64,000 bases of DNA, taken from contig OZ244621.1 of assembly GCA_965218425.1 (NCBI GenBank), forward strand, positions 4,064,001 to 4,128,000, read 5' to 3'. The notes beneath the pieces are model-generated. The model was given only the letters and a program-made list of their open reading frames with translations. It was not told the DNA's origin and made no database searches. How positions within the stretch are numbered: the first letter of the stretch is position 1; each line of letters begins with the position of its first letter. The DNA comes from an uncultured Candidatus Binatia bacterium. Lineage in GTDB: Bacteria; Desulfobacterota; Binatia; UBA9968; CAXXLF01. Of the stretch, positions 1 through 10,851 are shown piece by piece. The translations under genes were made by a program, and so were the position numbers.

Positions 1-520
1 GCGGTAAATTTAGCGGTTTTTGGCTTGAAAATCAGGGGTTCAACGGCGTTTACCTGGCCGGTTTTGGACGGTACGGGTTCAGTAATTTCGTATGAGTATC
101 TCCTGACGCCGATTGCCGGGCACGGCGGCCTTGGCGTCGATGGCGCTGTATCTGGTCGATACCTGCTCTATCTGAACCTCCCCGAAGATCCCGCGCGGCT
201 CGGCATGATCGTTTAGAGAGAGGAGAAACCGGCCCTTGAGCACCCGTACCAGATCGGCTAAATCGAGATAGTCTCGGCGCTCGCCGCTACGAAATTTACG
301 AGTTGCGAGGCTAAGGGGTTTCTAATATCTTCGGCACTCAATGGCAACTTCGAGACCCGGGCATGGGCCAATCCGCTTATATAAGACAGCGAAAGATCTT
401 AGATTTATTAATTGCAATCCACATCCATTCAGGTTATGGGAAAGCCAACCGAGACACGCCTTGGTCATCGTTGAATGAAGATCGTAAAGGGTGAATTAAA
501 CACAGGGTGGCTTTTATTTC

Positions 521-964
521 ATGAGCGACATCAAGTTTCGACTCAGGCATACCATGTTACCTGTGCGCGATCTCGATCGATCCATCGATTTTTACACCCG
601 GCTACTCGGAATGGACATCATGCGGCTACGCCGACAGGACGAAACGACTCGAGTTGGTTACCTGGGTTACGGTAGCGAGGATGAAGGACCAGCACTTGAG
701 ATGATCCAGAGTGGTGAACCGACGAGTTCTGTTCAGATACCAACCTGGGCAGGCCATATCGCGATCATGGTTTCGGACCTGTACGCGCTCTGTGAAAAGT
801 TAAAAGAGGCCGGGGTGGAATTTACCCAAGAACCTCATCCCAACAGACCCGGAAGTCGAGACCACATGGCCTACATTCTTGATCCGGATGGCTACGTCAT
901 CGAGCTAAACGAACGGCATACCCTGACTGGCCCACCCTTCAAGCGTCCTGTTCCACCAGCCTAA
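521..964 (+). CDS. gloA: Lactoylglutathione lyase (glyoxalase I, VOC family)
   Basis: N-terminal RLRHTMLPVRDLDRSIDFYTRLLGM, GHIAI and C-terminal DPDGYVIEL VOC motifs with His/Glu metal ligands. Confidence 0.85.
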   Translation: MSDIKFRLRHTMLPVRDLDRSIDFYTRLLGMDIMRLRRQDETTRVGYLGYGSEDEGPALEMIQSGEPTSSVQIPTWAGHIAIMVSDLYALCEKLKEAGVEFTQEPHPNRPGSRDHMAYILDPDGYVIELNERHTLTGPPFKRPVPPA

Positions 965-1078
965 ACAGTACCCTGAAACGGAGTTGACCCAAGTCTGCCC
1001 ACTGGGATCATCAGGTCATGGCCCATGCCCCGTCTACCATTTCTACCCCTAAATTGGTAGAGTTTGAGGAAGAATAAA

Positions 1079-1103
1079 CGGGGGCCGAACAGGCCCCCTT
1101 CGT
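1079..1103 (+). terminator. GC-rich hairpin between gloA and typA (possible terminator or processing stem)
   Basis: GGGGGCC-gaaca-GGCCCCC inverted repeat, only a weak U tail. Confidence 0.35.
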
Positions 1104-1106
1104 CTA

Positions 1107-2939
1107 TTGATCACCATGAAATTAAATCCAAGCCGAAGACAAAATATTCGAAACATTGCCATCATCGCGCACGTGGATCACGGTAAGACGACTTTGGTGG
1201 ATGCCATGCTGCACCAGAGCGGCATTTTTCGCGCCAACGAGCAGGTAATGGAGCGGGTCATGGACTCCTTCGATATAGAACGGGAAAGGGGAATCACCAT
1301 CTTGGCGAAGAACACCTCCATCGATTACGCCGGCGTCAAGATCAACATCGTAGATACCCCAGGCCACTCGGACTTTGGCGGTGAAGTGGAACGGACCCTG
1401 GCCATGGTGGACGGGGTCTTGCTGCTGGTGGATGCCTCCGAAGGGCCGTTGCCCCAAACCCGCTTTGTCCTGAAAAAGGCCCTGGAGCTAGAACTTCCCC
1501 CAGTCGTCTGCATCAACAAGATCGACCGGGCGGACGCCCGAATTCGCGAGGTGCTGGATGAAATCTACGGATTGTTCATCGACCTGGACGCCACCGAAGA
1601 TCAACTGGACTTTCCAGTAGTCTATACTAACGCCCGCGCGGGAACGGCCACCCGAGATCTGCAGGAGAGTTCCAATAGCTTGGCCCCCCTGTTCGACCTC
1701 ATCCTTCAATCTCTTCCCGGTCCCCTGGTGGACCCTGACGCACCCATCCAGTTTCAAATCAACAACCTGGATTACAACGATTATGTGGGCCGCTTGGGTA
1801 TAGGACGGGTGAGCAACGGCACTTTGAGAGCGGGTGGTCTCTATACTCTCTGCCGTAGTGACGGCTCCCAACTCCCCATCAAAGTAACACAGCTCTTCGG
1901 ATGGCACGGCTTGAAACGTATGGATCTCGATGTGGCCGAGGCGGGTACGATAGCCGCTGTGGCAGGGATTGAGGAGATCTATATTGGAGACACCATAACC
2001 GACCGGGAACAATCTCGCCCCCTTCCGGCCATCCACGTGGAAGAACCCACCATTACCATGGTCTTCGGAGTCAACACCTCGCCTTGGGCGGGGCGGGAAG
2101 GGAACTATGTAACTTCCCGCAAATTGCGGGAGCGACTCGTCTTGGAACAGCGTCGGAACGTAAGTCTCAAAATTAAAGATACCACTTCCCCGGATGCCAT
2201 GCGAGTTACGGGTCGGGGCGAGTTGCAGCTGGCGGTTTTGATCGAGACCATGCGTCGGGAGGGATACGAACTGGCCGTTTCCCGGCCCGCCGTGGTGACC
2301 CGTGAGATCAATCAAAACCTCCATGAGCCAATCGAGTTATTGATTATCGACGTTCCCGACGCTTACGTGGGTGTGGTCACCCAACTCCTGGGCGTACGAC
2401 GAGGACAGTTAAGGAAAATGGACCACGCGGGATCGGGCCGGGTCAACCTCGAATTTTCCGTCCCTTCACGCGGGCTCATCGGCTTTCGCTCCCGCTTTCT
2501 CATCGAAACCAGAGGAACGGGTCTCACGAACACGTTATTCGACGGGTGGGCGCCCTGGAATGGACCCATTCAAGGGAGAACCAATGGCGCCATTGTGGCA
2601 GACCGAGAGGGCAAGGCGACTCCCTATTCTATCTTTCACATGCAAGAAAGGGGAACGATCTTTATCGCGCCGGGGACCCGCGTCTATGAAGGGATGATCA
2701 TCGGTGAATACTCCCGCGACGCCGACCTCACCGTGAATATTTGCCGCGAGAAGAAACTAACCAACGTACGGGCAGCGGGCAGCGATGAGAACGTTCTCAT
2801 CACGCCTCATCGGGAGATCGGGCTCGAAGACGGCATCGAATGGATCGATGACGACGAGTTGGTGGAGGTCACACCTCAATCCATCCGGCTTAGAAAAACC
2901 CTGCTGAAGCAGATGGACAGAAAAAGCAGTAAATCCTAA
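1107..2939 (+). CDS. typA: Translational GTPase TypA/BipA (start may be the ATG at 1116)
   Basis: [37 protein letters not shown] and C-terminal KKLTNVRA...ELVEVTP motifs. Confidence 0.97.
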   Translation: MITMKLNPSRRQNIRNIAIIAHVDHGKTTLVDAMLHQSGIFRANEQVMERVMDSFDIERERGITILAKNTSIDYAGVKINIVDTPGHSDFGGEVERTLAMVDGVLLLVDASEGPLPQTRFVLKKALELELPPVVCINKIDRADARIREVLDEIYGLFIDLDATEDQLDFPVVYTNARAGTATRDLQESSNSLAPLFDLILQSLPGPLVDPDAPIQFQINNLDYNDYVGRLGIGRVSNGTLRAGGLYTLCRSDGSQLPIKVTQLFGWHGLKRMDLDVAEAGTIAAVAGIEEIYIGDTITDREQSRPLPAIHVEEPTITMVFGVNTSPWAGREGNYVTSRKLRERLVLEQRRNVSLKIKDTTSPDAMRVTGRGELQLAVLIETMRREGYELAVSRPAVVTREINQNLHEPIELLIIDVPDAYVGVVTQLLGVRRGQLRKMDHAGSGRVNLEFSVPSRGLIGFRSRFLIETRGTGLTNTLFDGWAPWNGPIQGRTNGAIVADREGKATPYSIFHMQERGTIFIAPGTRVYEGMIIGEYSRDADLTVNICREKKLTNVRAAGSDENVLITPHREIGLEDGIEWIDDDELVEVTPQSIRLRKTLLKQMDRKSSKS

Positions 2940-3418
2940 CCCCCCGTCATCCCGCCAAGTCCACCGTTCCATGCCTCCATACTTTTCAATCATACTGGAT
3001 TAGAGTCCGTCCATAAAACCATACTGACGAATTTTGCGCCGCTATCGAGCCTTTCTACATATGGGCTGAGGTGATTACCGAGAAAGACATCCAGGTCCCT
3101 ATTGAAGGGGCCTAGTTTCCCTCATCCGCATCCGGGAGGTGACGCACCTTGGTCATTGTGATGGTGGGTGCAATCGTGATATCTGTAGTTTGCCAGTTGA
3201 CCCCGTGCCACGAATTTAGGCCTATGGTTTGGGCCACGGTCCTAGCAGGGAGTCCGGAATCTTCATTTCAGGGGTTACGAGCCGGGCGTTTTGTGGTTCG
3301 GGGGTAAAGATAAAACTGCACCAACGGGCAACCTTTCATGATCCGTGAAGAAGCCGCTGTCACCATTGCCCAGCGGATCAAAGATAAGGGGTTAATGTAT
3401 GTTGCACGGGCCGAAATA

Positions 3419-3453
3419 GCGAAGGGGAACTCACACTGCTAGCTCCCCTTCGC
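3419..3453 (-). terminator. Intrinsic terminator downstream of the hydrolase/DUF6295 pair
   Basis: 10-bp stem GCGAAGGGGA / TCCCCTTCGC, 13 bp after the stop, followed by TATTTC on the minus strand. Confidence 0.55.
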
Positions 3454-3465
3454 ACGACACTTCAG

Positions 3466-3756
3466 TCAGCGGACTGCGGTGAGGGGTTCGTCTTCCAGGT
3501 GACCTTCTTCTTTGGCGCGGTCTAATACCGCCTGAATTGTATTGATCAGGCTACGGGCCGACTCCATGCTCAGCTCCACCCCCACCCGAGCCCCAACTCC
3601 TTCAGCCTCATTGGCAAAGTCGATATTCACGGCATGTTCGTAGGATGCGTGAACCGGGTGGTCGTAAGAAACATTGACCTCTTTTACCTTGAACCAACCG
3701 ACGGCCCCTTTGCCACAACCATCGATCAAAGCTTGATTGATAATCGAAGTACACAT
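3466..3756 (-). CDS. DUF6295-like small protein
   Basis: MCT...GxGKG..GWF...V.YDHP.H...EHA.NIDF pattern; AGGAG RBS. Confidence 0.75.
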   Translation of the reverse strand: MCTSIINQALIDGCGKGAVGWFKVKEVNVSYDHPVHASYEHAVNIDFANEAEGVGARVGVELSMESARSLINTIQAVLDRAKEEGHLEDEPLTAVR

Positions 3757-3801
3757 AATTACACTCCTCTTTTTACTCGACCAAAAGAACCGCCGCCCGA
3801 T

Positions 3802-4566
3802 CTAGGCGCTCAGGTGCTTGTCAAGGAAGACCCAGATCTTCTTCCAGCCGTCCACGGCCTGCTCTTGCCGATAGGCTCCTCGGTCATAGTAAAAGAAGCC
3901 ATGCCCCGCCCCGTCGTATCTGTGGAACTCATAGTTCTTGCCGTGTTTCTTGAGTTCCTCCTCATGCTGGTTGACGTGTTCCGGCGACGGCCTCTTGTCA
4001 TCGTTGCCAAACAGACCAATGAGGGGGCAAGAAAGGTCCTTCGTGTAGTCGATGGGTGCTACCGGCTGAGCGGGCGAAAGCTCTTCCTTTTTCTGCACCA
4101 CACCGCCCCCCCAACACTCAACGGCCGCGTTAAAATCCTTCCCACGACAGGCCACTAGGAAGGTTTGGCGGCCTCCCGAGCAGGTGCCGAAGACTCCCAC
4201 CTTGCCGTTTAGTTCCGGCAGCCCGCGCAGGTACTCGTTTGCCCCTTGGCAATCACCGATTACCTGATCGTCTGGAACTCCACCTGCTGCACGAACCTTT
4301 GCGGTTACATCCTCTACGGTCCCGTGACCGGCACGGCAGTATAGGTTAGGACTGATTGCCATATAGCCATGATGGGCATATCTTCGCGTGGCCTCACGGT
4401 ACCATTCATCCCAACCGGGCATGTGATGGATCAGGACCATGCCGGGAAAGGGGCCTTTCCCTGTGGGTCGCGCAAAATAGGCATTGATTGTATCCCCATT
4501 TGCCCCCTTTATATTGACGGTTTGCGCCGTCATGCCTTCGATCATGTCTGTCGTGTACGTATGCAT
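3802..4566 (-). CDS. Dienelactone hydrolase family protein
   Basis: G-x-C-x-G-G nucleophile elbow (GTCSGG), GNDD Asp, AGHGF His; AGGAGG RBS. Confidence 0.9.
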   Translation of the reverse strand: MHTYTTDMIEGMTAQTVNIKGANGDTINAYFARPTGKGPFPGMVLIHHMPGWDEWYREATRRYAHHGYMAISPNLYCRAGHGTVEDVTAKVRAAGGVPDDQVIGDCQGANEYLRGLPELNGKVGVFGTCSGGRQTFLVACRGKDFNAAVECWGGGVVQKKEELSPAQPVAPIDYTKDLSCPLIGLFGNDDKRPSPEHVNQHEEELKKHGKNYEFHRYDGAGHGFFYYDRGAYRQEQAVDGWKKIWVFLDKHLSA

Positions 4567-4690
4567 AGATACCTCCTAATGAAAAGTTTTGATTTTGACC
4601 GAAGCGGACCGCATCGGCCGATTTAATCGTTTAGTTATAGTAACCCCGTCGAGGAAATTCATAGTTGCCTTACCGCTTATCTGCTAAGGG

Positions 4691-5140
4691 TTATCCTCCC
4701 AGCATTTCCTTGACCACCTGGCTAATACGGGACACCGCGGCACGCCCCGAGAGCTGTTTGGTCAAAAGCCCCATGACCTTACCCATTTCCTTCATGGAAG
4801 AGGCACCCGTCTCAGCCACGGCGGCCTCGACGGCTTGACGCAACTCGGCATCGTCTATTTGTGAGGGCAAGTAGTCCTGAATGATGCGGATTTCTTCGCG
4901 CTCCTTTGTTGCGAGCTCTTCGCGTCCGGCCTTGGCATATTGCTCGGCCGCATCCTCCCGTTTCTTGACCATGGACTGGAGCGCTTTGAGGATACCCTCC
5001 TCGCCCGTCTCCTTACCCTGTTCTTTGTCCTTGTATAGGATCTCCGAGCGAATCATTCGAATGGTCGACAGCCTAAGCCCGGCCTTCTCCCTCATGGCCG
5101 ATCTCAAATCCTCCCCCAACCGTTCACGAATGCTTGGCAT
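4691..5140 (-). CDS. GatB/YqeY domain protein
   Basis: 149 aa with AMREK, KKREDAAEQY..AGREELA..E..E, YLP and MKEMGKVMG motifs. Confidence 0.92.
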   Translation of the reverse strand: MPSIRERLGEDLRSAMREKAGLRLSTIRMIRSEILYKDKEQGKETGEEGILKALQSMVKKREDAAEQYAKAGREELATKEREEIRIIQDYLPSQIDDAELRQAVEAAVAETGASSMKEMGKVMGLLTKQLSGRAAVSRISQVVKEMLGG

Positions 5141-5312
5141 CTTGTGTCCCTGCCCCTAGAACTCCCGGTCAAAGTTCACGGAGCCCCTCAACTTCCAGCG
5201 ATTAAAAATTGCAAAAGCGGAAGCTTTTGTCCAGCCCTAAAATCACGTCTCCACCACCTCATCTTCAACCTCACCACTCCCGCGGATACGGAACTTTACC
5301 TCAAATGAGAGC

Positions 5313-6278
5313 CTATGCTTGTTCCTCATTCTTGTACAGCCCATCGATGAACCCCTCATCGTCCAATTCCCGAAGAAAATGGAGATCCCACATGGAGACG
5401 GGATTCATGTCCTCGAGTTCGGGATAATCCCCCAGTGCCAATTCGAAAGTGTTGTAAATCGCATCCGTACTGGGATAGGGCTTTTTCTGCATCGTACTGT
5501 TCACGTCCTCGTAGAGCCGCTCGATCGCCTCGTCATCAAAATGGAGCTTTGCGCTGAGGGCCTCCCAAAGAAGCTCTTTGGTTCGCTCCTTCCGAGTTTT
5601 AAATAGACAAATGGCTTCGCAGTAAGCCTTGAGGAAGGCCATGGTTTCTCCGGGCTTGGACTTTATGGTTTCCATAATTGAGTTGATGGTAACGTTATGG
5701 ATCTGTGGGTACTCGGGAATCTCTAGGACCTTGAGTCCATCCCTTTTGGCAATCACGTCGTATGGCGGGGACAGCTGGGTCGCCGCCGCATCATCGTTGT
5801 TTAGAAACTTTTGATACCGCTGAACATAATTGATGTCCTTGTCGTCTTGACGGATCTCTTGGATCCCGTCTCTCTTGAAATCGATCCCCGCCTTTGCCAG
5901 TTTGCCACGGTTGGCCAGGTCCCCATGGGATCCCCGCTCACCCCGAAAGGTGATTCCTTTGCCCTTGAGGTCATTTAGGCTATTGATCCAGGGCTTGACG
6001 ATGAGCTTGGACGGCCAGATGTTAGAGGGTTGGGCCAGGTAAACAAACTTCGCGCCGCTGTGCTTGCGCTCCACATATGGGCTAATGTGATTACCGAGGA
6101 AAAAGTCCACTTCGCCTTTGTAGAGCATCTGGTTTCCCTCGGTGGAATCCGGCACATGACGCACCGTGGGCTCCAAACCGTACTTCTGAAGCAGGCCTGA
6201 GTCCCTCAATATGAACGTCAGCACCTCCAGGTTATGCCGATAGCCGATTCGAATGGGTTTAAGTCGCTTCTGTGCCAT
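5313..6278 (-). CDS. NMT1/THI5/SsuA-like periplasmic-binding-fold protein, no signal peptide
   Basis: GL..KYGLE, SLNDLKGK.I, FLKAY.EAI, KPYP and WDLHFLRELD patterns; AGGAG RBS. Confidence 0.7.
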   Translation of the reverse strand: MAQKRLKPIRIGYRHNLEVLTFILRDSGLLQKYGLEPTVRHVPDSTEGNQMLYKGEVDFFLGNHISPYVERKHSGAKFVYLAQPSNIWPSKLIVKPWINSLNDLKGKGITFRGERGSHGDLANRGKLAKAGIDFKRDGIQEIRQDDKDINYVQRYQKFLNNDDAAATQLSPPYDVIAKRDGLKVLEIPEYPQIHNVTINSIMETIKSKPGETMAFLKAYCEAICLFKTRKERTKELLWEALSAKLHFDDEAIERLYEDVNSTMQKKPYPSTDAIYNTFELALGDYPELEDMNPVSMWDLHFLRELDDEGFIDGLYKNEEQA

Positions 6279-6391
6279 ATCTTCTCCTTTCCCGACGTTG
6301 GATACTAGCCGGGACGGCCCCTCATTACAACCTCAATGAGCCGCTTTTTTGGCGCCATCGGATAATCTGAAAGAAGCCGGGTTTGCTTGCG

Positions 6392-6640
6392 CGGTTGCCC
6401 GTAACGATGTGTGCCCCGAGATGTGTATTTTGCCGCGTCAAACTGACGGGGCCTCGAGGCCGAGGCCCGTCGGCTCCCGCTGAGGGGCAGGCTCCCGAGC
6501 CCTACCTCCTATGGGTGAATGAGCGTTCTCGTCGAGGGAGCAATGAAGAGCAGGGACGTCGGCTCCGTAGAAGCGGTCTCACTCACTTGCCAGGGCTGTA
6601 ATCCTTAACTCACGAAAACACACATTTCGCACGACAGCCC
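6392..6640 (+). repeat. Repeat family 1, right-half copy (segments C-D) with imperfect terminal inverted repeats
   Basis: Aligns by eye to the reverse complement of 41298-41500 and to 45945-46020 (TGACGGG..CGAGG...CGGCTCCCGCTGA.GGGCAGG..CCCGAGCC); CGAGATGTGTATTTT near 6417 vs AAAACACACATTTCG near 6615. Confidence 0.75.
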
Positions 6641-6723
6641 TCGGGGGGTTGACCCGAAGGGACCACTTTGGATAAGGTCGGAAACCGGTTGCCGAACCAC
6701 CCAACACAGAGGAGAATCATGAC

Positions 6724-7710
6724 ATGGGTCTTCTGATTCGGGGCAAATGGGACAACGACGCCACTATTTCCAGTGACGATAAGGGACGCTTTACCCGCGA
6801 GGCCTCAAAATTTCGCCATTGGATCACAGTGGACGGAAGCCCTGGCCCCACGGGTGACGGTGGGTTCAAGGCTGAGCGTGGCCGCTACCACCTCTTCGTT
6901 TCCCCCTCCTGTCCCTGGGCGCACCGTACCATCATCATGCGCAGGCTGAAAAATCTCGAAGAGGTGATATCGATTTCCATTGCGGACCGGCCCAAAACTG
7001 AGGGATGGTCCTATTCGCAAGGCCTTGACGATCTAACACCTGGCGCGGACGGCGTCTTCCGGTTACATCAGGTTTACGCGGCGACCCAACTTGAATATAC
7101 GGGTAAAGTGACGGTGCCAACTCTCTGGGATCGTAAGCGCCGCGCCATCGTCAACAATGAATCATCGGAAATCATCCGTATGTTCAACTCGGCGTTCAAT
7201 GAGCGGGGGAACACGAGTGTCGATTTTTACCCGAAGGAATTACACGGTGAGATCGACCATGTGAACGAGTTCGTCTACGAGCATCTGAACAATGGGGTCT
7301 ACCGAACCGGCTTTGCCAAGACCCAGGGTGCCTACGACGAAGGGGTTGCCAAAGTGTTTCACGGCCTCGATACCCTGGAGACACGGCTTGCACAGGGCCG
7401 TTACCTCGTCGGGAACCGTATCACCGAGGCGGACTGGCGGGCGTTCCCGACACTGCTTCGCTTCGACCTCGTTTATTATAGCCACTTCAAGTGCAACATC
7501 CGACGCATACAAGACTACCCGAACCTGGCAAACTACCTCCGGGAGCTCTACCAGTGGCCGGGTATAAAAGACACCGTGGATCTCTATCAGATCAAGGCCA
7601 ATTATTACGGTCAACGTCAGGTGAACCCCACCGGTATCGTTCCCATGGGACCGACCCTGGATCACCTTGAGTGGAAACATGACCGGAACCGGCTTCCCGC
7701 CGCAGCTTGA
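6724..7710 (+). CDS. Glutathionyl-hydroquinone reductase (omega/xi-class GST, YqjG-like)
   Basis: CPWAHR active site, TVPTLWD, IVNNESSEI, NNGVYRTGFA, RFDLVYYSHFKCN. Confidence 0.93.
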   Translation: MGLLIRGKWDNDATISSDDKGRFTREASKFRHWITVDGSPGPTGDGGFKAERGRYHLFVSPSCPWAHRTIIMRRLKNLEEVISISIADRPKTEGWSYSQGLDDLTPGADGVFRLHQVYAATQLEYTGKVTVPTLWDRKRRAIVNNESSEIIRMFNSAFNERGNTSVDFYPKELHGEIDHVNEFVYEHLNNGVYRTGFAKTQGAYDEGVAKVFHGLDTLETRLAQGRYLVGNRITEADWRAFPTLLRFDLVYYSHFKCNIRRIQDYPNLANYLRELYQWPGIKDTVDLYQIKANYYGQRQVNPTGIVPMGPTLDHLEWKHDRNRLPAAA

Positions 7711-7719
7711 GACAAAACC

Positions 7720-9072
7720 ATGAACTACACTCAAAACGTCGCCGATTTTGTGTCACTGACCAGTTTTGAATCCATTCCACCTGCTGCTCTGAGAGAAGCC
7801 AAGAGAGCGATACTGGATTGCGTCGGAGTTATGCTGGCGGGGAGTAAGGAGGAGAGCGCCAGGATTTGCGCCAGATTGACCAAAGAAGAAAGCTCAAACC
7901 AAGATTCCACTGTTATTGGCCAGGGTTTCAAGTCATCCCCTGTCATGGCCGCCTTCTCCAATGGCACCGCGGGACATGCCTTGGATTTCGATCACAGTTT
8001 TATCATGGGACAACCCAGCGCCGGCTTGATACCTGCCATTTTGGCCTTGGGTGAAGAGGCGGGAGAAAGCGGTCAAGATATTCTGGTGTCCTACATAGTT
8101 GGATTTGAAGTGATAGCAAAGCTTTGTCATTCCATGCCGGGCCATAACCCGGGAGGATGGCATGCCACGGCGACCCTGGGGTCCCTTGGTGCCGCAGTGG
8201 CGTGCGCCCGAATACTACGGCTCACCCCCGATGCAATTCAACAAACCCTGGGAATCGCTTCTTCCATGGCCTCCGGCCTACGAGCTAACTTTGCCACCAT
8301 GACAAAACCCCTCCACGCTGGATTGGCAGCGAAAAACGGCGTGCTGGCCGCCAAGTTGGCTGGATCTGGCTTTGACGCGAATCCAACGGTGTTGAGCGAG
8401 AATGAGGGATTCCTAGCAGCGTTCACCAGGGATATTCCGTCTGATCTCCATCCCTTCGAAGAACTGGGAAAATCCTTCGATCTGGTTACCAGGGGTATCC
8501 GATTCAAGCCCTACCCCTGCGGCGGATTAACCCATCCCACCGTCCAAGCCATACTCAGGCTCCGCGAGCAATATAAAGTTTCTCCAGAGTCTGTGGAATC
8601 CATCAAGGTCAGAGTCACCCCGTATGTTTTTAATACAATCCTGAATCGGTTACCCGAGACGGCCCTTCAAACCAAATTCAGCATGCCCTACATCGTGGCT
8701 AGAGCCCTGATGGACGGAAGATTGGGGCTGGACACGTTTTCTGACGAAGCTGGTCGGGATCCCGCTGTTCGTAGCTTGGGAGAGAAGATCGAGATGGAAT
8801 TGGACCCCGATCTTCAGGAGAACGACGATGTCAGTCGACCCTGTAAAGTCATCCTGCGTCAGAAGGACGGAACTGTTTTATCGCAATCCGTAGAACCCGG
8901 TCTGGCGACTCAACGAAGTTCCCTCAGCTCACAGGAATTGGAAGAGAAGTTCACCGATTGCGCCTGTCGCGTCATTAACAGTGAAGCCGCGGCTGAGGTT
9001 CTTAGACAGATTGACCACCTGGAGGATCTCGACTCTCTCGATCCCCTCTTCAAACTATTGATCGCGACGTGA
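7720..9072 (+). CDS. MmgE/PrpD family protein
   Basis: NGTAGHALDFD, GWHATAT, KPLHAG, KPYPCG and KFSMPY motifs. Confidence 0.9.
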   Translation: MNYTQNVADFVSLTSFESIPPAALREAKRAILDCVGVMLAGSKEESARICARLTKEESSNQDSTVIGQGFKSSPVMAAFSNGTAGHALDFDHSFIMGQPSAGLIPAILALGEEAGESGQDILVSYIVGFEVIAKLCHSMPGHNPGGWHATATLGSLGAAVACARILRLTPDAIQQTLGIASSMASGLRANFATMTKPLHAGLAAKNGVLAAKLAGSGFDANPTVLSENEGFLAAFTRDIPSDLHPFEELGKSFDLVTRGIRFKPYPCGGLTHPTVQAILRLREQYKVSPESVESIKVRVTPYVFNTILNRLPETALQTKFSMPYIVARALMDGRLGLDTFSDEAGRDPAVRSLGEKIEMELDPDLQENDDVSRPCKVILRQKDGTVLSQSVEPGLATQRSSLSSQELEEKFTDCACRVINSEAAAEVLRQIDHLEDLDSLDPLFKLLIAT

Positions 9073-9181
9073 TGATCCCCTCCACCACAATGCTGGTGGT
9101 GGCTACCGGAACCTTCTATTACTTGGTCAGGTTGACAAGAGTTCACCCGTAACTTATATATTCCCCCCATATCCAAGAGGC

Positions 9182-9451
9182 ACACCCCACTGGCTCAAGG
9201 AAGACTTCGGTTTCCCTGTGGTAATCAAGAATGCTGCGGGACAGGGAGCCGAGGTGGTCCCGGCCTTTCCACAGGGCCTCCTTACGCTGGAAAGTTTCGC
9301 CGATACCGAACTGAAAAAGAAGATTCTCCACTTCAACAATGCCCTCCGGCCTGCCAGCGCTCCCTATTTCGTGCCAAAAGGGGTACCGGCGCCGGCCCCT
9401 TGCCCGCCAGCAAATAGCAAGGCACCGGAATTTAAATCCGTGAGTGGCTAA
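9182..9451 (+). pseudogene. Internal fragment of a TctC/Bug-like binding protein gene (paralog of 42145-43218)
   Basis: FPVVIKNAAGQGAEVVPAFP...LESFADTELKKKILHFNNALRPASAPYFVPKGVP aligns with VPIVVRNTKGRGVEWVPEFP...LDDFADTELKRAVIRFHNSIKPGSTNFLAPKGIP; both termini missing. Confidence 0.8.
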
Positions 9452-9636
9452 GTCTCTTCGCGTCTCTGGTATTCTGGGCCCAATCAACTCTTGACAATCC
9501 AGGGGGCGCATGAAATATGCTAGGGCTACTGGTTTCACGGAACGATTAACCACAAATAGTTCTATATCTTGAGTCAGGATCAAGAAAATGAGAGGATAAG
9601 CATGCCCCGGAGGCAGTGAGGCGAAAGGATCTAACC

Positions 9637-10827
9637 ATGGTCACCCAAGAAGAAAACCAATTATTGACCCAAACGGGCCCCGGCACTCCGGGCGGTGAGT
9701 TGCTACGCCGCTATTGGCACCCCATTGCCATCGCCAGTGAGTTGACCGAAGAGAACCCCACGAGGTTTATAAGAGTTCTCTGTGAAAACCTCGTGCTCTT
9801 CCGTGACAAGAAGGGAAATGTTGGTCTGGTTGGGGACCGCTGTCCCCACCGGGGAGCTTCCCTCCTCTACGGCAGGGTCGAAGAACGGGGAATCGCTTGC
9901 GCCTATCATGGCTGGCTATACGATACACAAGGCAATTGCATCGAGACCCCGCCGGAACCCGCGGACAGCAAATTCCGCTTGACCATAAAGCACACGGCTT
10001 ATCCGGTGCAAAAATTTGTCGGTCTTTATTGGACCTACATGGGGCCCCAACCCGCCCCGGCGATCCCAAAGTACGACATATTGGTACGCAAAGACGGCAA
10101 GCGAATGATCCGTGTCCACCCACAGCTAGATTGCAACTGGCTCCAGGCCATGGAGAACTCCGTAGACCCATCCCATCTGGAAATCCTGCACCAAACCCTC
10201 ATCGGTCGTGGGAGGACACCTGTAAACACCACCAGGGGATTTGTGGATGACGTGGACCACTACGAATTTGAAACCACTTCCTACGGCGTCTTGAAGATTC
10301 GGACCTACAAGAACGGCCAGGTGGATTGCCACCCGCTGGTTTTTCCAAACATTCTCCGTCAGGCGAAGACGGCACAGTACCGGGTACCCGTTGACGATAC
10401 CCACACGGTGCACTTCCATATCGTATTTGAGCCCACCCCTGATGGCAGCCTCGTGAAGGAAGACGAAAATCCCGAAGTGGACTACGTAGAGCCTTACAAA
10501 GAACCCGCAAAGGCTCTTTATCCCTCCGCCAGCTTTTCTACAGGAATGAAAAAGGTCATCGGGCAGGACCACATGGCATGGGAAACCCAAGGGCCGGTTG
10601 CAGATCGCACAAGGGAACGTCTGAGCACCTCGGACAGAGGAGTTATAATTTACCGAGATCTGGTCATTGAAAACATCAAAAAGGTACAGCAGGGTCAGGA
10701 CCCAATGGGCGTGATACGGGATCCCAACCATGAAACGATCGATACCAAGCTGTCGGAGTCACTTAAGAGCCCCGAAGCGGGAGATCGTCCAGTCATTGCG
10801 ACGCAAACAGCGCCGGCGCAGGCCTAA
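9637..10827 (+). CDS. Rieske non-heme iron oxygenase large subunit, phthalate 4,5-dioxygenase-like
   Basis: CPH...CAYH Rieske motif, ENSVDPSHLEILH mononuclear Fe motif, QD ligand, N-terminal LTQTGPGTPGGELLRRYW. Confidence 0.9.
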   Translation: MVTQEENQLLTQTGPGTPGGELLRRYWHPIAIASELTEENPTRFIRVLCENLVLFRDKKGNVGLVGDRCPHRGASLLYGRVEERGIACAYHGWLYDTQGNCIETPPEPADSKFRLTIKHTAYPVQKFVGLYWTYMGPQPAPAIPKYDILVRKDGKRMIRVHPQLDCNWLQAMENSVDPSHLEILHQTLIGRGRTPVNTTRGFVDDVDHYEFETTSYGVLKIRTYKNGQVDCHPLVFPNILRQAKTAQYRVPVDDTHTVHFHIVFEPTPDGSLVKEDENPEVDYVEPYKEPAKALYPSASFSTGMKKVIGQDHMAWETQGPVADRTRERLSTSDRGVIIYRDLVIENIKKVQQGQDPMGVIRDPNHETIDTKLSESLKSPEAGDRPVIATQTAPAQA

Positions 10828-10851
10828 GGGTAGCTTCGTACTCGAATCAGG

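Noticed and set aside
1..216. Possible 3' end of a membrane protein gene (YLLYLNLPE, faintly TctB-like)
   Set aside because: Truncated by the window edge and needs a frameshift to look convincing.
1488..2324. 278-aa minus-strand ORF
   Set aside because: Antisense to typA; shadow ORF. The same applies to most other overlapping ORFs in the track.
3060..3410. Long intergenic stretch after typA: possible decayed gene or ncRNA
   Set aside because: Only short ORFs and no recognisable RNA motif.
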